The translations under genes were made by a program, and so were the position numbers. Shown here piece after piece: positions 30,800-42,675 of a stretch of DNA of 64,000 bases. The DNA comes from Chrysomallon squamiferum (lineage: Eukaryota > Animalia > Mollusca). The notes under the pieces were generated by a model that saw only the letters and a list, made by a program, of their open reading frames with translations, did no database searches and was not told the DNA's origin. The stretch lies in assembly GCA_012295275.1 (NCBI GenBank), contig CM022677.1, positions 7,688,001 through 7,752,000 of the forward strand. Reading direction: 5' to 3'. Within the stretch, counting starts at the first letter, position 1. The number at the start of each line of letters is the position of its first letter.

Positions 30800-32478
30800 C
30801 TTTATGAAAACAATGCTTGTTGTCTATCTGTAACTATCATTGCTCCACATATTTTCATTTCTTTGCACTAATTTGTAACGTAGAACCATAGAGAGCTTTT
30901 GCAGTGTCCTTAGTCATTGTAGTGGAAGTTTTTTGTTCCCTTCCATAACAACCAAGAATCATCCACTGTTAACTACTGGAGAACAATCAGTCAACACTGA
31001 CGTATAGTGTCAACAACTTCTCTGTCTGGAAACTGCTTTGGAAAGAAAAACCCATGTTGGTCTATTTCAGTAGATATCTCAGCTGTTTGAATAACCTTTA
31101 TATTCTTCTCCATATTTTTATAACTGAAGATGATTCCAGAATCATGTCTTTCCTGTAGATACAATAATAATAACTTATTATCTAAATCTAAACATTATTT
31201 CATTGACTACTTTTTACCTATTCCAGGCTAGGAGCATATGATTAATTTGCACAATAATATTTCAGTCATGGAAAATTATTATAAATTATCAATGAATTAT
31301 ACTTTAACAATTTTTAATATTGACTTTATTTATCTGGATATGATGGTAACATTCAGAAGAAGCAAAAATAACTTTTAAAAAGGTAAATGCTTTGCCTGCA
31401 ACAAACCTTACAATTAATGAGTTAAAAACTTGATTAAAAATATAATTTGTATTGGCATGCATTACAGAGAACAAAAAACAGAATTCTAACATTTTAACTA
31501 ACACTGTGTGAAGTAAATATTGGCATCAGATTATTAATAGTGGCTCTTTTTTAAAACTTATAGAAATAAAAAGGTCACCCAAATAATATTTTAACATTCC
31601 AGTCACCCACACAAAACTTTGGTATCATTTGGTGACTGGCCATTACAAGCCCTGCATTCATATGTAATGTACATGTGTACTTAAACACATTACTATTATT
31701 TATTATTATAAAACATATTGATACCACTTACTTCAGAACAGTTCTCTGTTTTATTGACTTGCTCTGACTGGCTAGTAAGAGTATCAGATGAATTTGTCAT
31801 CTTCAGGGGTTTTTTCTCACAATCACCTGCAAAACCAGAAAGAGATTTATTTTCAGCTTGCACAATTAAATTTGCAAAACAAGATTACATTTTAGCAATT
31901 TTGGAATTAAAGCTGGATTAGCCACAATAAACTCAAAATGGTTTCCAGCTTACAGTTTGCTATATCTGTAGTCACTGAGTACATTTCTCTCTTTTATTTC
32001 CTCTTTCATCTTGAACTTCTACAATGATCTGGCAGACTGTTTTGACAGGCATTTTTTCTCATAAACAAAAACAAATTCATAAATAAAAATTAAAGAAAGG
32101 CATTTAATCCCAAATCTGCATTAATTACTTCTGCTAGTTAGATTCTTCAATAAAATGAAAGTCACATCTATATGGATGCTATTAATTTAAATGTTATGAT
32201 ATACATGCAGAGAAGTTTTGAATGCCAGTATTTTAAAAAAATAAATATATAAAATAAAGTAAATATTAAAAATAATATTATAAATTAAATATAACTATTT
32301 TAGTTACAGTGATGACAAGTATGTCTAAAATAAAGATGAATTTGAAACACATAATTAAAGCTAACGAAGAATTTTTCTTTCAGAAACACCTTCAACAAAA
32401 TTAATGTAAGATCTGCTTTTCTTTACAAACTGATTTCAAACATACCTGAACTTCATTCCTTAAGCCATGTAGTTCTTG
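30800..32478 (-). pseudogene. Decayed exons including an IRAG/LRMP-like exon end (copy 2) and unassigned downstream exons
   Basis: 32478-32446 reads QELHGLRNEVQ|gtatg and, with its intron (32320-32445), duplicates 54105-54252. Further AG/GT-bounded exon-like pieces at ~32028-31954, ~31824-31730 (DCEKKPLKMTNSSDTLTSQSEQVNKTENCSE) and from ~31151 downward (with stops) could not be assigned to a gene. Confidence 0.5.
31505..31654 (-). mobile_element. hAT-like transposon end fragment (homologous to 48958-49135, inverted)
   Basis: The reverse complement reads CAGGGCTTGTAATGGCCAGTCACCA...AAAATATTATTTGGGTGACCT...AAGAGCCACTATTAATA. It matches CAGGACTCGAAATGGCCAGTCGCCA...AAAATATTATTTGGGTGACCT...AAGAGCCACTATTAATA at 48958. 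CAGGG termini are typical of hAT elements. Confidence 0.5.
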
Positions 32479-33578
32479 TGATTAGAAATGAAACTGTTTT
32501 GATTACTTGTAACAGATATAAGCTAAAAAGAAATAAAACAATGCTAATAGAAGTATACTAAGTCACCTGCTGCTCAACTTCCAGGCTTTTGTCTTTGCCA
32601 CGCACAGTGTTTTTCTTTGCCTGGTTTTAGTTCATTCAAGTTTTTCAATTGTTTTTTTTCTCCTGATATTTGATTGGTGATTAAGATTGGTGACTGGTGT
32701 AAGACATTATAAAACATTATAAAGAATTGTTGTAGTCTGACGTGGTCGGCTTCAATGTCCAGGTCACCAAAATTGAGCTCTTCATCAGCAGAACTTTGAA
32801 CAACTTTGAGTCAGAGTCACATTGGTGGGTGCACTGCCTAGTTTGAGTAAATAAATAAATAAATCAATAAATCAATAAATCAATAAATAAATCAATAAAT
32901 AAAACAATAAATAAAATACTATAAAAAATGTAAAATAAATAAAATACTGCTACTACTAATAATAATATATTTACTGCAACACTACAAGCTCCTTTATTAC
33001 CATTAATACTGTAACTAAAATTTACTGTTATTCCTTATTTAACTAGGGTTACTGTTATTGAAATAATACTCCTATTACTAAAATTACTTTTAATAATAAA
33101 AGTGATATTTGTACTCTCTTCACTATTACTCCTATGCCTGTATTTCTTTATACTAATATTATTATAATTACCATAACAACAATTATGACTACTGTTACTA
33201 CTACTATCACTGCTGTTACACTACTCTTCTTGTTATATTTATCATAACAATTTCTCTAAAAACAACTAATATCAGTACTGCTACTACTACTACTATCAGC
33301 TAAAACACCACCAAGATCAATTCTACATCATTACTACAACAAGTAGTATTATTATTACAAGTACTAATGCTGTAACAACTAACTTACTACAACAATGGCA
33401 ATGAATAATACTACTACTATAACAACAGCCTCTATAATTGCTCCTGTTCTGCCATATTTTTTGATGACATTTCTATCCTGTGGCAAGCTCACAGAATTAG
33501 CTCTTCTTGTGTACAGAGCAGTTTCTGAAAAACAGTCTTTTATTTATTTACCTTTGTAGTTATATATGTATCTGTCAG

Positions 33579-33620
<42 letters not shown>

Positions 33621-33699
33621 CTAAGGTATGTTACAAAATCATGAGAAATATATAAGAAAACAAATTCACTGTTCAGTTTTTTTCCCCTTTTCCAATGGC

Positions 33700-34203
33700 A
33701 GCAAACTTTATCCTCAGCACCTTCTACTGAAACAACTTCACTAGCCAACATCAGCACATCAATTAGAGCTGTATGTTCAATCTGAAAAAACAAACAAATA
33801 CGATAATAAAAATAATAAAAAGTATCAATGATAATGGTGGTAATGGTAATAATTTAAACAATTAACAAAACAATTGCAAATAAGTGATTATTATTATGCT
33901 GTTTTACAATCAGTAAAGAGTAGTTGTTACTAAAAAAACTTATTTTACTTGCTACGAAGTAAAAATAAGATTACAAAAAAATTACAACTTGGAATTGTTC
34001 AGTCTGCAGTGTCTGTACAGCTGATTCATCCTTCTCCATAATGTAAATTCCCTTTCTAGACAGCAACTGAACAATACTATATTTAACATCAACAGTAAAC
34101 AATGTTTTTCGCCATTCCAACATGAACATAATACTTTTTTTTTATCAATCTACATTTGTCTGATTAATACATCAGTTATTTTGATTATTTTCATTCATGC
34201 AAT

Positions 34204-34271
<68 letters not shown>

Positions 34272-34394
34272 ACACACACACACACATTTATATATATATA
34301 TATAAACTAATAAAACATACCCTGCCACTTTTGAGAGGTTTCTGACAAAATTCGAACACAGGCCTGACAGATCACTTGACACCAGGCTGTTGAT
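33700..34394 (-). pseudogene. CAMSAP: CAMSAP/Patronin-like pseudogene fragment, copy 2
   Basis: 34394-34321 reads INSLVSSDL-[frameshift]-CQACVRILSETSQKWQG|gtatg, the same exon and donor as 7534-7605. The exon from 33781 reads IEHTALIDVLMLASEVVSVE, resembling recalled CAMSAP AHMAMVDALMMAYTVEMISIE. Confidence 0.7.
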
Positions 34395-35450
34395 TCACAT
34401 TATCAACAGTCTTTTGTATCCCATCTGTAGAAAATGGCCTAGATTTGTGTGATGCTGAAGTAGGGGATAGGGACCTGGGTGCATTGGTCCCACTCTGTTG
34501 TCTGAATCAGGAACAGGACTAGCTCGGTCCTTCGAATCATCAGTGTGGTGAAACATCTCTTGAATGTTGCCTTCCTGAGTCTCTGTCTGATCTTGTTCTG
34601 TTGCAGATACAGCCTCTGATGGTGTCATTTCTGTTGTTTTTCTAATGTTGACGTGCATGGTAGTGTTAATGATACCCAATTACCAATACTAGAAAGAGAA
34701 TTTACTTTATGGAGATATGCTGGTAATCAGTCAAAGTATAAGTAAAATATAAAGAAATATAAAATTATAATATATTTTATGTTACAAAAATACTAATGAT
34801 ATCAAAGTAAAATTAAAAAGCTATAAAACTATTATGTAAATTTGGTTTAAAAAAGTAAAGTGATATTAGTGATTTATGAAATAAAGTGAAATAAGATGTA
34901 AAATTAAATTATTTATTTAACAAAAATACTAATGATAATAAAGACATTATAGAACAAAAAATAAAGTGAAATAAAGATATGTAATATTAGATAACTCAAT
35001 CATGTTACAGAAATACTAATGCAGAAAATAAAATTAGATATGTAATTTATATTAAAAATATATAAATTTTAATAAGAACAATACCAGTAAAAGTGATTTT
35101 AATACTAAACCAAAAATCTTGCAAAAAAATGCAGTAAAAAGGAAAAAATAAAATCAATGACAGATTTATAATAAGCTTAGTATTAAAATGTTTCTAAATA
35201 TAATTTGAATGTTTGAAAATGTTTGTATGTGTTTTGCTTGCATAAGTATATTTGTAATGCAAACATTTGTACACCAATAAAAAGGAAATCAATGACATTA
35301 TGACAGTTTAGGTTATAATAATAAGTTTAGTATTAAAATGTCTCTAAATATAATTTGAACTTATGTTTGAAATTTGTGTATGTGTTTGCACGAGCAAGTG
35401 TGTACGTATGTATATATGTAGATATGTATGATGTGCATACATACACCTAC

Positions 35451-38400
35451 CTGTATGTTAGCTCGTTTCAGGTCATTGACAAACTCTGCTGACTGCTGAT
35501 GTCTGATTTCTGAGTTTTTAGAGATTTTCTCTAGAGCAGCCACTAACTCTTGTACTCTGAATTTGAGTCGTTTTTTCTCTTCTGAGCGACTCACACAGGT
35601 CCTGAGCTATCTCCATCACATCATTCAATCTCAACTCACAGATAGCTGGCACTGTCAGCTCATCATCTTCATCATCCTGATGATAAATGATTATTCATTG
35701 ACATTTTTTAGTAATTATGAAAGCTATCTGATTATCATCCTTGTCATTATGATATACAATTAAAATTTGATTATAATAATTAAATAAAAATTGTATAAAC
35801 CATTAACAATTATCTTCTTCAACATGATGATAAATGATTATTTATTCATTGACTTTTTTAGTAATTATGAAAGCTATCAGATTATCATCCTTCTCATTAT
35901 GATATACAATTAAAATTTAATTATAATAATTAAATTAGAATTGTATAAACAATTATCTTCTTCATCATGATTAAAAATGATTGAAACTCAGTTACCTAAT
36001 AAAATTAAAATTATTAAATGATGAATCAAGATTTAAAACATTTAAAATTTTAATAATTACAAAGGTTTTGAATTCATTATTATTTTAAAAGAACAAGTTC
36101 AGTAGTTATGGCATACAAAATCAATGTTATGACAACCTATCATTATTTTATTATTACATTTCTGTTACACTCAGTATTCTTAGAAAACATACTGTTTAAA
36201 ATTATAATAAATAACTGTGAATACAGCATCAGTAGTTATGACACACAGAATCAATGACATTATATAGTAAGTTAGTCTTTAGTTTTCTGTGTTTATATGA
36301 ACAAGTCAATACATTTAGAATACTCACTTAATAAAATAAATATCAAAGATCTCACACTTGAGATGCTCTATCTGTACTCTGTAGGCTTGATCCTGTGACT
36401 CCTTACCACTCAGTCTCAACTCCAGACTCTCTTCTTCTCCATCAAGTAGTTCTGAGCCTTCAGCTCTGCCTTCTCCTCCTGAAAAACAATTCATGTGTAA
36501 ATGACAAAGTCCAACCATTCTCTTCCTGTGAAACAATATCATGACAGAGTCCAAAGTGTGTATATTCAGTCTGCCTAGAATTCAGAAAATGATTTAATAT
36601 AAATGGAATAAGACACAAAGATCAAACTGCCATTAATAAAAAAAATAAAAAAAAAAGAAAAAACGTAAAAGTAAATGCAAGTTAATATAGTAAAAAACTG
36701 AAACACAATTTTCATTACTAAATTAACAAAATTAAGAATGCCTGTTTCATTAGCCTGTTTGATTTTTTTTCCTTGCCAAAGAAGGTCAGATGCTTGGTTG
36801 GGGCTACCCTTCGTAAGACTGCCCTTCATAGCCATCAGCTCCTGCATTAACACAGCATTTTCCAAATCCAGTCTTTGAGCTTCTGGAGTTTTCTTGGGTT
36901 CATCAAGCATAGAATCAAAGTGTAAACTCTCCAGCTCCATGACAGTAATTCTGACCGCTGCCCGGTCATTCTTCAGTGACTGAATGTACTCACGCAGTCT
37001 CTGTTTATTGAGTTTGGTGAAGTCAGTGTCCACTGAGCTGGCCGTAGAACTGGACGTGCTGGACAAATGAAATTAAAAGTTGGTTTGGTAAAGATTATCA
37101 CTAGTCATGGAAAAGTCAGTTAATCAACTTGTATTTATAATTCTATAATTAGGTGAAATCCTTTTAGAAAGATAGTTAATGCAAAGTCCAGTTATTTACA
37201 GCGTAGACTTTAATAAACTACAAAATCTAAAACAACTAAAACTAAAAATAATGGAAAACAAAGTCCATTTAATACAAAAATACTTCAAGTAAAGCATCAC
37301 CTTGCAGTTCTACTGTTAGAAGAGAGATCTTTCCAGGGGTGAAAAATACAGGGTGTGGTGTGAACTCCACAGCTTCTGTCCAGTTTGTGAAGTAGATGTT
37401 GAGCCACGCCTTCAGCAGACTTCCTCGAGTGATGAGCTCTCTGTAGTATAGACGTCACCTCCACCTGATCCTCACACTCCTTTACTGAAATTAACATTGA
37501 AATTAAATATACATTTAGTAAAATTAGCATACAGACTTATTGGAGGTAGCATAATACACTAACATGCACAGATGTCAAAAATTAACTATTTTCACTATCT
37601 GTGCATTAAGCCGATTTCAGTGTCTATGTATTAACAGCTAATACACTGAAAGATAACATTACACATACAGAAAAGTAATTGAGATTAAATCCTTCTTACT
37701 GAAATGAAATATATGCTTACTGAATATTCTTTAGATGCTGAATTTTTAAATGATAAATAAATGTACCTGCATGCGCACACACACGCACACACAGACAGAC
37801 ACACACAAACATATATACTCATTCTGAAATTAATAATCACTAATACTGAAATGGTAAAGATATATATACACACACACACATATACAAAACTTAACTTTAT
37901 GTAAGTGTAAAAAAAGAATGAATTTCAGTGATGTAGCAATTACTGAAATAATATATTTTAAAATAAGAATTTTAGTTGTAAACTCACCCAGACTTCCAAG
38001 TCCTGCAGCTCTACAGTTAGCTAACAAAACTCCCATCTCACTCTCCAGCAGAACACACAACTCTTCATACACCTCTATCATCTGATCAGAGTAGTTAATA
38101 GCCAACTGCAGCGCTGTGCTGTTAGACTCATACTTCCCCATCAACACCGTCAACCTCTCCAAGTAGGACTTGCTCTCATTCATTGAGGTGGCGATTTTTC
38201 TCTGAAGTCTTTCAAACTCAATTTCAAACTCTTTCACTTTAGTTTAAAATGAGTTAAATTCATATCAGATGTCATGAAAAATATATCAATGATTATTCTG
38301 TGTAATTGTTTATGAATCTGTTTATTTTAGTTAATTTGAAACAGAACTGCCCAAGGGCCAAAAAATAAGGTTAAAAATCAGCTATTATAAAAATAATGAG

Positions 38401-39957
38401 TAATTCTGTGTTATTGTTAAAAATGTATTTATTTTGGCGATTTGATTTTGAATGATTGTAGTTGGGAAACATTTGTAAGTTTAAAAATCAGTTAAATACA
38501 TATTTAAAATTTGAAAAATAATGTCAGTCATTCATTTTTCTGTCAGTTTTATTTTTTCTGAGGTAATATGAGTTGGAATTACCACCATAAAAAACCCATT
38601 ACTAAATTAAAATATCATACTGGAAATTGTGAAAAATATGTCTATTTTTTCCTTCATATTTTTGCCAGTCAAATAACATTTGTGAATTAAAACATCAGTT
38701 AAGTTTCTACTGTAAATTATGAAAATACACTGTCAGTATATTCCAATTTAACATTTAAAAGTGTTAAGCATTAGTTATAAATGTGTTAAAATATTATGCT
38801 AGTGTGTTTTATGTGGTTATGTAACATTAGCAAGTTGAAACATTTTGTAATTTTCCAATGAAGTTACATTCCAGCACAGGAAACATCACTGTGCATATAA
38901 ATGATGTTAAATGAGATTTACCCCAAGGGAGGTAATTTCAGCAACAAGAATCTGTCTGTCTCCAGCACACAGTTTTAGTTTCTTCAGTTCTGCTATTTTA
39001 GCTACAGGAAACTGATCACTGCCTGCAGTGGTCCTGTGAATTAATAAATAAATAAATAAATAAATAGAATATTACATAAATACTTAAATAATAAATACAC
39101 TTTTTAATAAATATTTTTAATAGGCAAATAAGCAGCAAATGGAAAGAAATGGATGTATAAAGAAAAAATAATATATATGTATATATTATAGTTTTGTATT
39201 TTTTCAAATATTATTTATGTATATGTATTATACATTTTTTGTATTTTCTCAACATTCCATATATAAAAAAATAACACAACACACACACTGTCTATCTCCA
39301 CTGATTCCCTTATAGTCACATTCAATAAAGATGAGAAACAAAATAAGAAATGTTTATTTATACCTCTCTTCTGTGTTAGGAGTTACTTTAGTTACTTGGA
39401 ACATAAATGAATGACAATATAACAAATATTTATTTATACCTCTCTCCTGTATTAGGATTCACTTGTGACTTTGTTGGTGTTGATGTGTGATTGTTCATGG
39501 GACTAGAAGACAAATCTGTCAGAGGTAATTTATCATGTAACAAAAATGTAATAATTTTCCTCTAACTTTCAATTTTAACAAAATGTAACAGTTTATTCTG
39601 TGTCAACTGTAAGTTTCAACTGTAACAAAATGTAACAATTTATCCTCAAGCTTTTTCAACTGTAACAAATTAAAACAATTTATCCTGTAAATCATCACCA
39701 AGAGTTATTGCCAAACACGTTATTTTCTAGTCAGGCTATATTCTTAGAATAACTACATTAAAATGCAGGTGGAGATTTAATTTCAGGCTAATGTGAGGAT
39801 AAAAAAAAAAAAAAAAAATTAAAATAAAAAAATCATTTCTTACCTGACATTTAGTTAGTTATTTTTCTAACTGATCACTTTCGGCTGTTACTTGTGCCAA
39901 CCTGTTGTTCAGCTCGATTATCTCCCATTTCAGAGAGGTCAAGGCCGCCTGGTCTTG
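35451..39957 (-). pseudogene. MCC: MCC (mutated in colorectal cancer / MCC-USHBP1 family) unprocessed pseudogene, 7-8 exon remnants
   Basis: Exons: 39957-39844 (AALTSLKWEIIELNNRLAQVTAESDQLEK*LTKCQ), 39515-39440 (NPNTGE), 39033-38922 (FPVAKIAE...EITSLG), ~38243-37988 (EFEIEFERL...GKYESNSTALQLA), 37484-37301, 37058-36824 (LKNDRAAV...QRLDLENAVLMQELMAMK), 36478-~36350 (EEKAELKAQ/QAYRVQIEHLKCE), 35676-35451 (RVQELVAALE...SEIRHQQSAEFVNDLKRAN). All resemble recalled human MCC, and several adjacent exon phases are compatible. Lesions: TAA at 39861-39859, donor GT>GG at 36823-36822, frameshifts at ~36430 and ~35573, and missing exons. Confidence 0.9.
35678..35965. repeat. ~150-bp intronic tandem duplication (2 copies)
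   Basis: TGATGATAAATGATTATT...TTTTAGTAATTATGAAAGCTATC.GATTATCATCCTT.TCATTATGATATACAATTAAAATTT.ATTATAATAATTAAAT occurs at ~35678 and ~35826. Confidence 0.85.
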
Positions 39958-40081
39958 CTGGGAAAGAAAATAAATAATTTTAAATTATTACATTTTGCAA
40001 CAATTAAAACATGTTATTTTTTAATTTTTGTGACTCAGTCTGTTTTATCATTCCTAAAGCTAATTAATGAAAAAAATATCG

Positions 40082-40123
<42 letters not shown>

Positions 40124-41350
40124 TCACAAATAGTGATAATAAACTAAATATTTAAAAATAAAATACATACGTACATGTATAAGTTGTTGTTACTGCTCTC
40201 GTTACGTTAAAACGCGTGTGAGTGTGTGAAAGTGATTTATATTGTAAGCTATTTTATAAAACTCAGCTATAAATACTACTTGCTATTATTTGTATTAGTT
40301 ATTACAACTACTTCTACTACTTAGATTAAGAATAACTGTAATTAATTATGTACGAGCAGTATCTCAGTAAGCCACAGAACATATAAATAATCAGAATAAA
40401 ATAAAATGTGAATGCAATTAAATAAAACAACAAAAGAACGATCGTCAATATATTGTTATTCATTATTACAAATATTCAGCTAAATTACTCAAAAAAATTA
40501 AAGTTGATTCTTGTGACAAGATTCGATATCGTAGTGTTTAATAAGTTATTTTCGATTATCTGCCCTTGAAAACTATGTAAAAACGCAGACGACAAAACAT
40601 TTTAGAATCTAAATTAGAAACATGTACTTCAAACTATATAAAGAAAGAAAGAAAAAAAAAGTACTGTAACATTACAAAGAAATCAACTCTTCATGATTCT
40701 TAGAATCTACATTTATTTGCAAAATCCATAAATAACAAATACCACAAATAACAGCAGAAATCCCGCACCCCGCGAAAACAAAAAATTATATGAGAGTAAT
40801 CTCCCTTCAGCTACATTTTATTTATTTATTTATTTATTTATTTATATATATATTTTTTTTTTCTGTTTGTGGAGTTGACGGTGTATGTCATTGCACACCA
40901 CAGAAAATCGTTAATAACGAAACGTCGTATCTAGCTGTATAAAGAGTAATACATGTAAATGTGTAGGTGTGTTCAAGGAATACCATATTATATACAGTAA
41001 ACAACATAACGTGTCTATTGAGATAAAATATAAGCAATACAAATAAATACAGTGGACTGTGAAAACCGGATTCATTGAGACCAGCGTGGTGTGCCGTTTT
41101 AGACAGTGCCGATTTAATAATATAAAACTGAAATATTTGTTTTATTATTACAAATGTTAATGGTCTATCAGTTGTCTCTGTCGACTGCGTTTTCTTCATA
41201 TTCCTCTCCAAACTCCTCTGTCATGTCCTCCAAGTTTTACATTAATTGGAAAAGCTGATTTCGATAACAGCAGCAGAAGATTTAATTTGTTTGCTACTTT
41301 AAGATAATCAATGTACGAAAGTTTGTTTGTATCGTCAGTCCATTCAGATT

Positions 41351-41392
<42 letters not shown>

Positions 41393-42540
41393 TCATATAT
41401 TCATGACTTAACCAATACAGTTTGTATACTTACAACAAACCGGCCATCTGAAATGTTCGAGGATAATTTATTCAATGTACAGCGAAAACTGACATTTATG
41501 ATAATTCTGTTAAAATAAAAATGAATTAGGAAAATACCGAATCAATGTGGTGAATTTTATACATTTTTTTTTTGTTATACATTTTAATTCAGTAAAACAA
41601 GCAAAACTATAAGACAGTCTATTTTAACTCAGTGAATTAATAAATAATAAGCTGTTTTCTGTGTGTATGTGTATGTATGTGTGTGTGTGTGTGTTCTTCT
41701 TTGTTGACCTCAATGTTTAACGCATCATATACGTAATGACAATTTACATCTACAATGGACAGCTAATATATATATATATATATATATATATTTTAATTAT
41801 TACAAGCAGTGTAACCCATTATTGACTACTGATAATAAAAATTTGCTGTGCATATCAAAAGAGACTTGTCGACGTTTGGCTGAAATAAGTAGACACTGGT
41901 AAATTTAATACTTTAAACATACGGACCTATGAAAAATAACTATTTAAAAAAATATATTATAAATATTCACATACAGCATATTTGATTATTTTGTTGTTGA
42001 TTTTTTTAAAATTATTTTTAGTAAATAAATAAATTAATTAATTAAACAATCCTTTAAAATATATCTCCTTTTACAAGTTAAAACGATGTTTAATTTTCAT
42101 CTCAAGAACAAAGAATTAACTAGTATAACAGATGTTACAATGAGCAAGCATGTTTATATAGGTTTGTTGTTGTATTTTATGTCTAAAGGCAAAGAGTAGC
42201 ATTTGCAATGATTCTAAGGCCTTAAAGAAAATCGAGAGACAAGAGGACGTAATTATTATATTTTGAACGAGAGTAATTATTTACACAAACCGGCATCCTT
42301 GAAAAATACTGCGGAATTAACCAAGAAAGAAAGAAGGGATGAAAAAAAATAATAATAAAAGAAATAAAAATAAAGGAAATCAATAAAATCCAATAACAAA
42401 TACTTTTACTGTATATTTTATTATTTATTTATTATTTTAAATAAATGCCTATGGAAAATGTTTACAAATAACAAATTAATCAATAAGCAAGAAATCTCTT
42501 TCTAGGATCTGCTCACATTAAAAGTTGCATCGTGTTTCAT

Positions 42541-42675
42541 TTATTCTTCTGGATTTGTGGAACATGGTCGCTTGAATACTTGCTCTTTTTCTAGAATCCA
42601 GTAAGTTGATACCCATTTAGAGCCAATAAGAACGGGACAAGCTCCGTGAATTGTCATTTTGTTAGGTGAACCATT
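42541..42675 (-). pseudogene. P4HA: Frameshifted C-terminal tail of the P4H alpha gene
   Basis: The shifted frame reads NGSPNKMTIHGACPVLIGSKWVSTYWILEKEQVFKRPCSTNPEE* (family pattern HAACPVLVGNKWVSNKW...EFRRPC). The stop is at 42543-42541. The total span 42541-44017 is 3n+1. Confidence 0.9.
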
